A stretch of 45,831 nt of DNA from Sphaeroforma arctica JP610 (lineage: Eukaryota), in NCBI RefSeq assembly GCF_001186125.1, contig NW_014040382.1:35643-81473 (forward strand). Direction: 5' to 3'. Below, one piece after another: positions 23,813 through 37,532 of the stretch. The translations under genes were made by a program, and so were the position numbers. The notes beneath the pieces are model-generated. The model had not been told where the DNA came from. It worked only from the letters and a program-made list of their open reading frames with translations, and did no database searches. Every line of letters starts with the position of its first letter. The stretch's first letter is position 1.

Positions 23813-24120
23813 TGCCTCTTGTGTGCTTTGACTCTATGTTCTCACCTTGTGTCTGTAAGCGTGCTTGCCTGCGATTTCGGTGTCTGATCGAATGGTAATT
23901 TGTACTTGCTTTGCTCGTCTCTCGTTTGTGCGATCTGTGTTAAACCGTAACTTTGTTGCCTCTTGTGTGCTGTGACTCTATGCTCTCACCTTGTGTCCGT
24001 AAGCGTGCTTGCCTGCGATTTCGGTGCCTGATCGAACGGTAGTTTGTGCTTGCTTTGCTCGACTCTCGTTTGTGATTGCTTTGCTCGACTCTCGTTTGTG
24101 CGATCTGTGTTAAACCGTAA
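23813..24120. repeat. ~144-bp tandem duplication within the family A leader
   Basis: TGCCTCTTGTGTGCT...GATCTGTGTTAAACCGTAACT units starting at ~23813 and ~23957. Confidence 0.85.
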
Positions 24121-25953
24121 CTTCGTGAGTTTCTTTGGTTAACTGTATATTTGCTTTGTTCTTGGTTGGTTGCCCCTTTGATGTACTGCTTCACTATGTA
24201 TATGTATGAGCTGTTTGGCTCTCGTGTGTATGGGCTGTTTGACTTTGGTGTGTGCTTGTGTATACGTATCGATCTGAATGACATGTTTACACCCTGTATA
24301 CGTTACTTGTACTTTGAGCAATTGCTGGTTCTCTTATTTGGGACTATACCCTTGTTTTGCTCTCTTGCTTATTTGATCAGAAAATATGTGTGCTCTGAAT
24401 TGAGCGTTTTTCTGATTTGGCTGTGGATTCCTTTATTGATCTTCTTGAGCCACTCTATGTGGTCGATCGGAATATTTGTGTGTTACAGGTTGAACCGAAT
24501 AGAAGTCTCCACATGCTAGTATGTGTGCTTCGGTTGAGTATATTCTACGTCGTGACTGTACATCTAATCCGTATCAGTCGTTGTTTCTGTGTGTATACTA
24601 TGTGTGTTCTGTAGATTTCAATGTCTGGTTGCATGTTCTGTGTTTCCTAGACGTGTATTCTACTGGTCTCGATATGCCATACAGTATCTATGCTTGGATG
24701 GTTATATTGCCCTCCCTAGATTACTATACAGTATCTATGCTTGGGATAGTGTTTTTGCCCGCCCTAGATTACTTGAGCATTCGGAAGATCTCTCTCAATT
24801 TCACGTGCTCGTGATTCTTTTGAACTGTTTGTTCTAAGTGTGAAGACCCTTGTGTATTTACAGTTATGTTATGTGTATTTATCACAGGTTGTACCTCTGT
24901 AATATACTTGGTAGCGTGCTTGAAATGACCTATATTACTTGTGCATTCTTAAGATCTCTCTCAATTTTACATTCTCTTGCTTGTTTCTATTATTTGTTGT
25001 GCGTTATACTATTGACTAGGGTTATGTGTGTTTATCACAGGCTGTACCCCTGTAGTATATATGGTTCCGTGCTTGGAGTGTCCTAGATTACTTATGCATT
25101 CTTCAGATCTCTTTCAATTTCACGTGCTCGTGATGCTTCTAAGATTTCTTGTGCTCTATACTAAGATCAGTCAGTGATTTGTCTAATGCATGCTCTGTGT
25201 GTGCCTGCGATCTGATGATCTTTATGACACATCTTTTTCTGGTGTTTGCTATTATGTTACCCTTATTACTCGTATACTAATGGGCGGTCTTCAATTTTTA
25301 ATGATTCTGATCTTATGTGATCGATCGTGCTGTCTTATTGTTCTAACCTAGTGTTACTTGCCCCTTGTGAGTTGTTGTACTGCACAGTAAGCCACCTTTT
25401 TGTTTGCCCGTAATTGCGGTTTTAGCTATTAACTATCAAACCCTTATTGTTGAATGGTTCTATAAACTTGTACCATCGTAAGCCTATGTTGTGTGTGTTT
25501 GTAAGTGTCTTATCTCGTGTTGTTTCTTAGGGCCCCTGATATCAGTGCATTTTCTTGTTCGATAATCCCCAACATTGATAAATTAATCACCTTGACACCT
25601 AATATTCTTTTACACGTTAATATCACTGTTCACTTATTAAGATAACTGTTGCACTTCTGTAACGTATCCAGCTTACTTCTGGAGCACGTTGTTATCTACC
25701 TCAGTTGTAGCTCTGAAGTCCTGCTGTTCTCTGTTTCCTTCTCATGTCTTCTACAGTCTCTGTTGTTGGCTTTTGCGTCTCCTGATGACCTTCTTGCTTG
25801 TTCCAGCCTCCACTTCTTTGACACAGGTTACTTTAAATCTCTAGAGTTTGTATAAAATAGTAATAAAGGCCATAGCTCTCACACTTACAGTCTTTTCTTC
25901 TTTAGTGTGTTAGGCTTATTGATGACTTATCTATAAGGATATTGTAAAAAAAA

Positions 25954-26247
25954 TGTAGAGTATGGAGAGTAGCTGAAAGGTACGAGACAAAATGATACAA
26001 TAGACCTCTTCTTAAGTACGGTTATCTCAGCTAGGAAAAGTCCCTGGTCTGCGAGAACCGAACTGAGTCTTTATTTGTGTTTTCACTAGCACGCGGGAGT
26101 TCCGGTATAGCTTAACGATTCTACCGCTGATATTTCTGATGACTCTAATATCAGAAATATTCCAATGCTAATTTCAAAACTCAGTATTTGATTATTCTGG
26201 GTTTTGGGATTTGTATTGACTTTTTGATAATCTGGTCCCTAGATACA
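25954..26247 (-). mobile_element. Family A LTR with small deletions
   Basis: On the minus strand TGTATCTAGGGACC...CCATACTCTACA; homologous to 28182-28506, 32728-33052 and 39260-39583. Confidence 0.88.
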
Positions 26248-28506
26248 ATATTATACCGAACTGTGTCTTGTGTGAACATCACTTGATATTAGATTGTTGC
26301 TTAGTAAAATTTTATTTCTACACCTCGTGACTCACTCGTGCACGTTGTAACCTCTGGGCTTCGTGATGCTGCTGTGAATTAATTGCAATCTTGTAAGTCT
26401 ACAACCCCTTCGCCCTTGTTGGCATATCTTGGTTCTTATAAACTATACTTTTGTTGTCTGTCCTATATTTGTTCGAGCATGCTTGTTTTTATTTCATGAT
26501 CAGACCTTGTGAAAAGAAATGGAGATGACTTGTTGTGTGATTACAGGGTGTTTTTGTGCCACACTACCACCTTTGATATCATGTGTGTCTATGCTAGACT
26601 GTGTGGGTACTAATTGTAACCTTATCTTATGCGTCACTTTACCTTAGCCAACTACTGAGCTTTGGTGATTTGTTTGTACATGTCTGAGATTTGACACGTT
26701 TCTTTGTGTGACGATCGTGCCTGGTGTATGTTCCAGTCGTCTTTGTATTTTTCACTTAATGCTCATGTGTGAGATGTGGTCGGTGTGTATCGTAATTGTT
26801 ATTGGTACAGATCATGTGTTGTTGTTTTTCAAGTACTGAATCGTTTTGACTTCCTCAATCGCTATTTGATGCTATGCGCGTCTCGATTGATTCTGTGGGT
26901 TGTCTGATTAAAAAAATAATTTTTTTTTGCGGTTGTAATTGTTTGGCACTTCACTTCTTAATACCTGCTGTTGTGTGCTTATTGTACTTTGTGTCTAGGT
27001 TATGTATTGCCTATGTAGTCTCGTGGCTGGCTTAACCTATCACTTTGATGTTGTCAATCTTAAACTGTTCCTAATTTTCGAGTCTTTGTGCGTGTGTTAT
27101 GCCATTTCCCGTGAATTGCATCTTTGTGAGTGTCTTGTATACCATTAGTTGTGTGTGTCTTGTTTCAGGTTTGTGTTCATTTGACTGGAAACTGGTCTTA
27201 GCATTTGATCGTGAATTGATCTATTGTTTGTTCAGTTATCTTCTTGAATGACTAGTAGAATGACTAGTTGTTTTATTGTTCTTTCGTCTATTAAGCATGT
27301 GCATGCTCTGTTGGTTCCTGGTAGTGGAGATTGTTATACTTCTCCTTGGTGTCTATGCTCATGTCTGACCGAAATGCTTCGAAATGGAGATTTGATGTTT
27401 GTAAATCCTACGATCTCTGTGAGTTTTAATATATGTGGTTACGTTTAATGAGGTGTAACTGATTTGTTATTGTCTTTGTGTACCTCTATTGTCTTGTGCT
27501 TGTCTTCTTGTGTTTCTGCATGCACAGATGTTCTGATCTGATTCTCTTGTGTCACGTGCATTTTGCTATTGTTTTCTAGGATAGCTGAGTGAAGTGATAT
27601 GGTGTCTTTTTTTTATCATGACATCAGGATATTTTCTTGTTCGAAAACACAGAAAATCCCCAACATTGATGAAATGATCATTGTGACAGCTCTTCTCTTT
27701 TTCCACTGGTTTAACCCCCTTACTTAACCAATTTCCACTGAAACACATTATTGAGCAATTTTATGACAACTCACTGTGTCAATATAACAATATATATGGT
27801 TATGGACACGTTACTTGCACCTGTGTGTTTTAGAACACCACGTTCACCTATGTTACAAATGAGCACCCACTTTGGATACCTTGTTACTTGTCGTTTCTCA
27901 AGCTGTTGGGATAACTTCTTTCTTGGTTTTCTTTGTGCCCACTTTGCTGCTGACACCTGGTCGTTGAGAGTCTTCTATCCTCTTCCCTTTTGCGGTCCGA
28001 GTCTTTCTGGTCTCTTCGTTGACACCTCTTCTGGTCTGGGTCTCTCTTCTTAGTGGTTGGAACTACTTTAATAAGGTTTATATCTTTCTAAGTCACCTAG
28101 TGTGTTACTTCACTTCTATTTTCTTCTTGGTTGTAGAGTTGTAAGTTGTTAGACTTACCTAAGTAAGGATATTGTAAAAAATGTAGAGTATGGAGAGTAG
28201 CTGAAAGGAGCGAGACAATAGTATACAATAGACCTTTTCTCAAGTACGGTTATCTTAGCTAGGAGAAATCCCTGGTCTGAGAGAACCAAACTGAGTCTTT
28301 ATTTGTGTTTTCACCAGACTCAGGATTTACTTGAGTGTTTCTCTCACAAGTGGGAGTCCCAGTATAGCTTACCGGTTCTACCGCTAATATTTCTGATGAC
28401 TGTAATATCAGAAATATTTCAATGCTAATTCCAAAACTCAGTATTTGATTCTTATGTGTTTGGGATTTGGATTGGCTTTTTGATAATCTGGTCCCTAGAT
28501 GCTACA
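26248..28506 (-). mobile_element. Second family A 5' end: LTR (28182-28506) plus truncated non-coding leader
   Basis: TGTAGCATCTAGGGACC...ACTCTACA followed by TTTTTTACAATATCCTTA; leader blocks match 39584-41250. Confidence 0.85.
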
Positions 28507-28787
28507 ATCGAGACTGTGAAACTACAGCTATGTCACTGTATCTATAACTTACATACGTATCTAATAACTTTTTTTCCAATTCCATGCACATCAGATTTTA
28601 CATAACTACATGACCAAATTCGTGTGTACACAAGCGCATATTACGTACTCCATATGTTCACACATATATTGATACTTACACAACCACACCTAGTTTCATA
28701 CACTACCTCATCGTCTTTGTACCTTATCACACCTAGTACCCCATATCATTGTTTCACTCTGACCCCTTACTAGCATTCCGGTCCCAG

Positions 28788-29216
28788 CTAGATTGAATTC
28801 CTCTTAAATCCGTGTGTGTGTGTATGGTTTGTTTCTCCTGTCGACCTCCTCTGGATGGGGCTAGTCGGTTGGGTTCTTTTAACCCTAAAGTGTCTTGTTG
28901 CCCCTGTGTACCTCAATTCCTCGAGTTGATCCTGGTTCCAGCTAGTATCGTCAATGTAGAAGAGTGTATTAAGTCTAGTAGGCTGGTCTTCTCTCAACAC
29001 CCCACCTTCCATGACTCGTGTTTGATCAAGACTGATTATCCCTTCTTCACGTTTTGTAGTAGGCTGATATGCTTGGTCTGAATCGCTACTGGTAGCACTA
29101 CTGCTACCCCATAGTATCGTCGGCATATCGCTGTCAGTCTTACTGCTACTAAAACCACTGTCTGAGCTTTGGTGGCTGTCAATGTTAGGCGTTTCCCCGA
29201 TTGCACCTCTCGACAT
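28788..29216 (-). CDS. Hypothetical protein with a Ser-rich N-terminus
   Basis: 142-aa ATG ORF in a good context (CACCATG) after an AT-rich upstream region; no recognisable motif. Confidence 0.3.
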   Translation of the reverse strand: MSRGAIGETPNIDSHQSSDSGFSSSKTDSDMPTILWGSSSATSSDSDQAYQPTTKREEGIISLDQTRVMEGGVLREDQPTRLNTLFYIDDTSWNQDQLEELRYTGATRHFRVKRTQPTSPIQRRSTGETNHTHTHGFKRNSI

Positions 29217-29455
29217 GGTGTTCCGTAGGTTTCTTTCTATACTGAAATTTCTATTTAAAATTTTCTAGTACGTATGTTGTATTTCTAATCGAATAATCGC
29301 AACTACACTATGCTAGTTAAAAATGTAGTAAGTCACGCTCAAATAACTATATCTGAACGTTCTCCTCGAATCATCAGCGAGTCGTTGCGTCTTTATTAGA
29401 TTATTGAATATAACTAACTAGGACTCTAGTGAGTCATGTGTTCAGTCTCGAACAT

Positions 29456-29566
29456 AAACTAGGTTTATCAGATTATATGATCTGATAACCACAAACTAAG
29501 TTTTTCGGATCCTATGATCTGATGAATACAGACTAAGCTTATCAGATCCTAGGATCTAATAATTCT
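29456..29566. repeat. Three tandem 37-bp units, each with a palindromic core
   Basis: Units at 29456, 29493 and 29530; consensus core TTATCAGATCCTAGGATCTGATAA. Confidence 0.85.
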
Positions 29567-29820
29567 GGTTAAACTAGGGTTTATTTTTCTATATGGTATT
29601 ACGACCACACGTTGCTTGATCTGTTCAGCTTTTACAATTGACCTTAGTGTCGTCTTGAGTATCACTGTGACGATCGATCTACTATTCAATATGCCAAAAA
29701 TTGGCAAAAAGAACAACAACAACAACAAGAATATGGACGAAATATTCTGTGGATACTACGCCCTAACGATGAAACACACATTTATTCTTGGGCCAAGCGT
29801 GTACTCAGTTACATGACAGA

Positions 29821-30000
29821 TGTGGACAAAGTGCCCTGGACGGACATTTAGGACCGGACCAGAGGACCGGACCAGAGGACCGGACCTAAGGAGATTAGTT
29901 CAGGGACCGGACCAGATTTTGGAGTAGAAGATTCGGTGACAGAAGGATGACTCGTCGGATGTCATAATAATTTAGTAGCTAGGAGACGGGTTAACTCTCC
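29821..30000 (+). mobile_element. Family B LTR, 5' part; LTR-like sequence resumes at ~31598-31661 after the LINE
   Basis: TGTGGACAAAGTGCCCTGGACGGACATTTAGGACC; the tail ...GAGAAAATCTCGTCCCACA matches 15590-15608. Confidence 0.75.
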
Positions 30001-31513
30001 AAATATCTGAAGTTTCCACTCTACCACGGAATACTAGGGATCAACCTCGCCAGACATATGGAATCCCTGGTTGCAGCATTGTCCCTGAGTATCGCCTCTT
30101 TCCGCGCTTATGGCTTCCATGGTTTCAGCTGGGGACACCCCCGCAACTGACTGCTGCTGTTCAAAATATTCACTCTATCCACACGGCTACATATGGCCTG
30201 AATATTATTGCCTGGGCTCCGTCTATATAGAAGGATGCGCTGGACCCCCTGTTTGGGCGCTATAGGTCAGCACTCATCCAAGCAGCAGCCACCATCATGG
30301 GCACTAAATACTCTAGGTTTATCCCAAACATCAAACAAACTTACTCCACTTTTGTGGCCTGTTCCCCGTGCAACCATTAGCGGACTACCTCTGGAGGATA
30401 TGTGGGAAAACAACCCGACTCAATGGCCAGTACAACCCCACTCACCCCACTGACGCAACCCGCCTGGGCCCACGACAAACCATCACTGTGCTTCCCGTAC
30501 AGTATCTATGCCCACCTGGAAACTGTATACGAAACCGGCCATGTAGCTCTCCGCCGACGCTGTGACGACATTAGAAATAACTCAACGAAACGCTGGTCTA
30601 ACAAGGAGAACGCGGCAATGGCCCGGCGCCAATACTACTACCAACTGGTCATGGGCAAACCACCAACCTCAAATCGGTCCAAAGCCAGACAGTTTCAACC
30701 ACTGCTTCGAGCCTACACCAATCTGGCTCTGTGCTTTGATTGTAATGAATACGTACATGTTCACATTGCTCGAATACCGCACCGAGGGCTGCCTCTGCCC
30801 TGTTTGCCCCGGTGGCCACAAATTTACCACCAGCCGCTTTACCTGCATCCAACAAGTGATCCGACACATCCTGACGGCCCGAAACTGCATCCCTTTGGCT
30901 CTGTCCACCTCTAGCAATTACAAGAGCGCAACGACTTCCACAGTATCTGGACCCGAACACCTTGGATACTTTTTCCAGCATGTAGAACAACCCCCGTACC
31001 CACACCCGTCTCTGACACATCAACAGATGTTCCCTTTCCCCAGCGAATCACGTTGGTGAAGTACTACTGATTCCAAATTTTGGTCCAAACCAAGTCATCG
31101 CCTTTGTTGGTTCTGCCTATGATACTTCCGATTCAGGCCAACCAGCACATACCGAGTGCATCCGTGGTCTGGTGCGGCATCGGTTCACCCCTAACCTCGC
31201 TCCTCCACCGAATTATAACGGATAACCTGATCCTACTCGGCTTTTCGTACTCTGCACTAACACATTCCACGGTACTACACGGTGCAGACCCGATCCGTAC
31301 CACAGTGGTGGGTACGCCACTTGGTAAGTCAGCAAGCAAATATGTGTACGTGGCACATTCGATGGTGTCAGTTTTTTGTCTGCATCGGCCTGAATTGACC
31401 CAGCGCATATCTTCCATCGTCGACTCACTTGGCCCAAGCTTCAAAGGGGAATGTACTGACCACTTCTTCCCATCGATCTTCCCCGAACCACTACAACGGC
31501 TATGAGAGCCATA

Positions 31514-31552
<39 letters not shown>

Positions 31553-31592
31553 CATTGTAACTTATCTCCTTTGAAATAAGCAATACTATCCC
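30001..31592 (+). mobile_element. 5'-truncated, more diverged copy of the APE-RT LINE
   Basis: Begins at the KYL motif (GINLARHMESLVAALS), carries CLCPVCPGGHKFTTSRFTC, and ends SIFPEPLQRL plus the same 3' tail. Confidence 0.92.
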
Positions 31593-31899
31593 TTAAAGAC
31601 GAAAACAATAGATACGGGTATTTTAACAATTGCCCGTTGTTAGAGAAAATCTCGTCCCACATGCATTCCCAGTGGCACTTCTGACTGAGTTCACTTATTT
31701 CAGACTTAACACTCTTTACTACACGGCTTCAAGAGGTTTTTAGGGTATGAAGGGACCTAGTACTACACTGGTACCTCAGGTAGGCAGGCAATCTTGTATC
31801 CGGTTTTTGAAACGGTTGCTTGGAGTTCATTGTCGATTGCATTCAGTCCGTGAAAAGGTGGCGACAGCTTTTTCTATAGATACGACACCGGATAACGAA

Positions 31900-32727
31900 G
31901 AGAAGGCAGCAATTCACGTGATTTCTACGCTGGATCTAAACAGCATCCAGAATAGGTTTCTGATCGGGATGGCCATTTGAAAACGCCGACGCATGTGCAG
32001 AAGGCCACGGCAATTATTCATCTCATTCGTAGACAACTCAGCCAACTACGTGAATTTTCAATGGCGAGTTTTTACTTGTCTATCGCCAATGACACGATCC
32101 CGGCGTCGTCGGGAGTGTAATCTCTTGAGCAACAGGTAGCGCCTACATCGCAATCACAATTTGGCTCCTCTGTATCTAAAGCAGGTATGGACGACACCAA
32201 CTAATCAGTTACCTAACAGTGTGATGGACTAGATAAAGCAAATTAGCACCGTGAAATGCAAAATTGGCCGTACGAAGTCGATTCTTCAAACAACATCTTA
32301 CGATAGTGTACACGTTTCTCGTAGAGAGCGGGTGTTGAAACAAGCTCAAAATCGAGCACAAGAAATCAGATACGGGAGAAGATGCTACAGCTGTGGTGAA
32401 ATCGCCAGGTAGATATATTTTGCAACCGGTGGATTTACATTTGGCAATGGAAACTTCCCAGAATCTGTCGTCGTCGGCTAAGTGTTCTTTTGATTCCATT
32501 TCGCAGAGTGACATAATCTCCACGACAACAGCCTAATTAAGGACAAGTAGCAGTGCATTTATTTCGTGACAACCTACAACGCCATCATCGTCCACGCTTA
32601 TCCGTGCCAGGATAATACAAATGTTCCTATTGATACGGTTGCATATCGCATGCACTTCCCTAGTCATCACGATCGCTACTTAAAGGACCCACAAGATGTG
32701 AAACAATGTAAGATATCAACACTCACG
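31900..32727 (+). pseudogene. gag: Remnant of family B gag
   Basis: Colinear with ~16330-17275 (e.g. GCATGTGCAGAAGGCCAC, AATTGGCCGTACGAAG, GGACCCACAAGATGTGAAAC). Confidence 0.75.
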
Positions 32728-33052
32728 TGTAGCATCTAGAGACCAGATTATCAAAAAGCCAATCCAAATCCCAAAACCCAGGATCATCAAAAATTGAGTT
32801 TTGGAGTTAAGATTGCAATATTTCTGATATTAGAGTCATCAGAAATATTAGCGGTAGGACCGGTAAGCTATACCGAGACTCCCGCGTGTGAGAGAAACAC
32901 TCAAGTAAATTCTGAGTCTGGTGAAAGCACATATAAAGACTCAGTTCGGTTCTCTCAGACTAGAGACTTTTCTTAGCTGAGATAACCGTACTTAAGAAGA
33001 GGTCTATTGTATTCCTTGGCTTGTACCTCTCAGCTACTCTCCATACTCTACA
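32728..33052 (+). mobile_element. Isolated family A LTR (325 bp) without TSD
   Basis: TGTAGCATC...ACTCTACA; flanks TCACG and AGTCT do not match. Confidence 0.88.
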
Positions 33053-33078
33053 AGTCTCTTTGATCTCGCGCTATCAAT

Positions 33079-36000
33079 ATGCCTACTGTGAGCTCTAAGG
33101 ATATTAAGATCACCACTATTATCGAATCGAAAGGTCGACTGGCTTCCTGGAAAAACTCAGACCATTCTACCCGTGAATTGCAAAGGAATCCCAACAATAT
33201 TGACCGATCCGACTCCGTCTAGAGGCAACCGATGGACACCCAAGGAAATCGCTGAGGCATATCGGATTATCAACCGCACCTTATCTCCACTGCTGCAGAC
33301 GGAGATCAACCAATTCATTGATAAGCCTTGAGAAGCTTTTGCCGCACTGAAACGCAAGTTTGAAGCCCTGACCGAAGATGATGTCCAGACATTAAAAGGG
33401 AAACTGAACCGCATCACGCAAGATCGGAACGAATCTTACGCCAGTCTTATCAGTCGTCTCAACACGGCATTTGTGAAAGCCGGAGGTTCGAAGTCCTAAC
33501 AACAGACTATGCGCTATTATACGGCAGGCTGTAAACGACGATAATCAGACTCTTAAGATTGCGTTGAAGACACCCGCTATGATGGTCATGTCGTATGATG
33601 AGCTCACCACGTATCTCATCGCGTTGGATCCAGACGAAAGTTACCCATTGACCATTGTGCAAGGTGCACATGCAGCTATATCGACAGGAATTTGTGCATT
33701 CTGCAACAATCGTGGTCATTCTATCGTACAATGCCGTAAGCTACAAGCGTAAATCAAATCATATGTTGCTGGTAACTCACATAATCAGGGTCGTGACCAA
33801 GACGGTCGTAAACCTTACTATTGACGGATTGACAAGTCTGGTCCTCGTCAAGACAAGATAGATTACATATACATGTCGAAGAATAATGACAGATCTGATT
33901 TAAATCGTAGCTACCGTACATGTGCTGAACGTTTCACCAGAAACAACCGCTATCAATACTGCCACGCAAATCACGATGATCATGACAGACAGGACTAATG
34001 AGTAAATACAATCGACGCGACTACGATGATGGTAGATATTTTCGAGATACTCGACATTCACAAGACAGTGACAGAAAATACCGATCCCAGAGCAAAAAGG
34101 CAGACAGGACAAAGCAATGTCAGCACAAGTATCCGATGACCAGGTATCTGCTAGCAGACAGATTGCATTCTCCACAATTGACCCTACAATAGACAACAAG
34201 GAAGTGAACGATCAGTCAGACAGAGATTCCAGAGGTGGGTACTGACTAGCTTGCGATAGTTGCGCCACCATTCTCGTACTTCCCTGTAAGTATCACAAGC
34301 ATCATCTCATCCGCAACGTGCGCATTAATGACTAGTATTCGCACGAAGTAACTGATGGTACAATCATTTATCCGAAGTATGTAGCTCAGCTAGGAAACTT
34401 GGAGGACGTACTCATCGACATGGCATTCAAAACTGCACTACTAAGTATCAGTCTACTCTCAGCGCGACACTACTCATTTGAATTCACCAACAACATAATG
34501 TACATATTGCTACCAAGCTTTGGAACCATAACAGTACATGAAAAGCACAGAATATGCTGCGTACACATCGACAACATAGCTATGACTACAGTGGAACCAT
34601 CGCTGGAGAAAGCCAACCCGATTTTTTTGGCACAACAGGCTCGCGTACCCCAGCTAAAGTCTTCGCGGACATAATAGGACCGTTCGCAACATCAATAGGA
34701 TCCAATATACACTCTGTATCAATTATAGGCGACTTTTCTAGCATGGCCAAAGAGTATCCGATCCGCGATCTGAAAGCAACAACAATTCTGGATGCTATGT
34801 TACACACATTCGATGAACGGTATATTTTAACTCATCGCCGAGTTCAGTGCATATAAATGGATCGAGGCCCACAGTTTACAGCAAACGTAACATGCTTGCG
34901 TATTTGGGATACTGCTCAAGGTACGCAGCTACGGCCACGCCACAATACCATGGCAAGGTAGAGAGACTGCAGGCTACACTGGTCCCAAGAATGCTTGCAA
35001 ACTGAAGTATGCACGTCTACCGACTACTATGTGAGCTGAATCACTGATTCAAACTACCAACATATACAATGCTATACCCGCTAACGAGAAGAGCTCATCC
35101 TCATACGAAAAATTTACAGGATACGCATTTCCGATAGATATGTTCAGAACATTCGGGTGTCACATCGCATACAAGAACCGGGATCCAGACGGCGAACTCG
35201 ACGATAAAGCACGAGATGGTATTCTCCTTGCGCAACCCTTGGACACAACACCGGACTTGTATCGTATATACTCACCTCTGACCAAGCGTATAATACAGAG
35301 CCGAGACGTCTATATTCGAAGACGAATTCTTTGTAGAACCGCTATCGCACCACCAGACACTACGAACAGCAGTACACTCCTACAAATCGAGAATAGCGAT
35401 TTCCAAACAGGCGCAAGGACAACATCGACTACGGAAGATATGCTTAGCCAACGAGCCCAGCCAACTGTGACACAAAAAGTCGAGCAACTCAAAACAACTA
35501 CAAATAACTTCATCGTCAACTCAACCAGCTGAAAGCGAAGTACATACCGTTGAGTCAAAGGCTCCTGCAGCGACTACCAAAACACAATACGATCTCGAAG
35601 CAACTATAGCTAGAAGAACGGCAGAAGGCCGTCAAGTCTCTCGAGAACTGCGAGAAGAGACGATCTCCTAGCACTACACACACTGTTAATTCAGCAACTG
35701 CAGCAATGGAACCGAAAACATACAGGTATATATGAGATGTCAAACACAGCCGATTGGGAGGAATCAGCACGTTGGAGATGGAGAGCTTGGTGATACATCG
35801 CAAGGCATTCACTCTAGTTGACAACAAACCACAAGAGAAGTCATTTCCCCTTCCCTCGATGGGTATTCAAGGCCAAAACGGAGGAATCAGGACAAGTCAC
35901 ACGACCCAAATTGCGTCTGAACGTAGCAGCATTCAATGCAGAGCAGGGAGTCGATTACGTTGAAAGCTATGCCCCAGTAGTAGGCAAGGAAACACTCAGG

Positions 36001-37335
36001 ATTTGTCTAGCTCTAATGGCACACTATGACATGGACATTCGACAATACGATACACCCTCGGCCTACCTCACTCAAAAACTGGATATCTTTAGCTACATGC
36101 GAGTGCCGAAAGGATACGATCTCATCGAACAGCTACTGGACCCGTCTGAGAGACAATTATTCGAAAGGCACAAACAAGGAGACACGAAGCTCAAGCTCGT
36201 ATGTCGAGTTGACCGCTGCGTATACGGTCTACCACCTAGCGGACACTACTGGTTTAAAGCTATCCATCGGTTTGCTATACAACACAGTTATGAACAAGCA
36301 CAATCGGATGGAGCGCTGTTCATCAAACAAACGCACAGACTTGCTTCATTGTTGTACACGTAGATGACAAAATTGCAGCATGCCAGAGTAAGACTGACGG
36401 ACAGAAACTAGCTGACGCAATGAAAGGCGAATCGAACACTGTTGAATTGGGCATACCGTCGTGGTTTCTCAAGTGCCAAGTGGGAATATACCCTGGAAGT
36501 ACGTCTTCATCAACGACAATACCAAAGAGAAATATTGCAGGAATATGGATTGATAGACTGTAAACCAGCATGGGTGCCAATTCTAGAATCGGACTATGAA
36601 GTAGCAGACAAACACGCCATTCTCCCTAAAAAACCGGCCAGTTCAGACGTCCCAACAATCACACAATACAAGAAGCGAGTGGATCAGCTACGTTACCTTG
36701 TAGGTCGAACACGAGTGAATATATGCCTTGCTGTTTCGATCATAAGTCGCTATCTGATAGCACCGCAGTACCACCACTTCTGAGGTGCCAAGCGCTGTAT
36801 GAAGTATCTCGCTGGTACTCAAGACTTAGGACTCGAATACACGAACAAAGAACTATGTATTCCCTATCTGAGTGCAGACAGTAGCTTCGCTAGCGATGAC
36901 AACGAGACGATCCACCACCGGGCGAGTGAGCATTATAGCAGGTGCACCCTTCATGTGGAGAACAAACTTGCAACGGCTAGTAACGTCTACAGCAGAGGCA
37001 TAATACGTCGCACAGTCTGATACAGCCAAAGACGCAGTATGGGCTAGGAATCTTTTCACGGAATTCGGCATTCAGCTCGTAGAACTCACCACCATAAAAC
37101 ATGACAACATGTCAGCAATACTGACGGGAAATAGTATCACGAAATCAAACCGTACGAAGTATGTCGATCTACGATATAATCGCATCAGAGAACTCACATC
37201 GAACAACACCATCAAGCTAAAATAAATACCATAAGAACAGCTACTCAGCGATTTCTTCACGAAGCTTCTCAGCCGAGAGAAGTTTACCGACATACGCGAC
37301 CGACTAATGACTCGGATGCCAGTATCAACTTAGTT
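33079..37335 (+). pseudogene. pol: Copia gag-pol polyprotein remnants
   Basis: Knuckle CAFCNNRGHSIVQC; ACDSCAT protease-like motif; KVFADIIGPF and QYHGKVER (IN); WVFKAK, QGVDYVESYAPV, VYGLPPSG, HVDD (RT); SADSSFA, DNMSAI, TKYVDLRY, DFFTK (RH). Confidence 0.9.
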
Positions 37336-37532
37336 CAATTTATAATGAAGGTAAGTATTCTAAGATAAGCAGGTGCCAAATGCTTTGTGTTTTTATTTCT
37401 GACTGCAAACTATACAGATATATCGTACCTTGTAAAAAGAGTGTGTACAAACCGTGTGTATTATATGTAAAAAAGAAATTATAAATAATGTACACACAAT
37501 ATATAGCCTTTTACTATAAAATTGAGGGCGAG

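Larger units (their letters stand above)
21520..26247 (-). mobile_element. Internally deleted family A (methyltransferase-carrying) Gypsy: LTR, leader, [gag-PR-RT deleted], RNase H tail, MTase, integrase
   Basis: LTR 25954-26247; leader homologous to 39584-41780, joined at ~23222 to RH sequence homologous to ~44993 onward. Confidence 0.85.

Noticed and set aside
23569..25855. Many short Cys/Leu/Val-rich plus-strand ORFs
   Set aside because: By-products of the T/G-rich antisense strand of the non-coding leader; not conserved between copies.
26130..26165. Hammerhead ribozyme (CTGATGA...GAAA) in the family A LTR
   Set aside because: The sequence between the motifs cannot form stem II; the motifs are simply the arms of an inverted repeat.
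29515..29560. Hammerhead core CTGATGA, or a CRISPR-like array, in the 37-bp repeats
   Set aside because: No GAAA/stem architecture; units are contiguous with no unique spacers; no cas genes; eukaryotic TE context.
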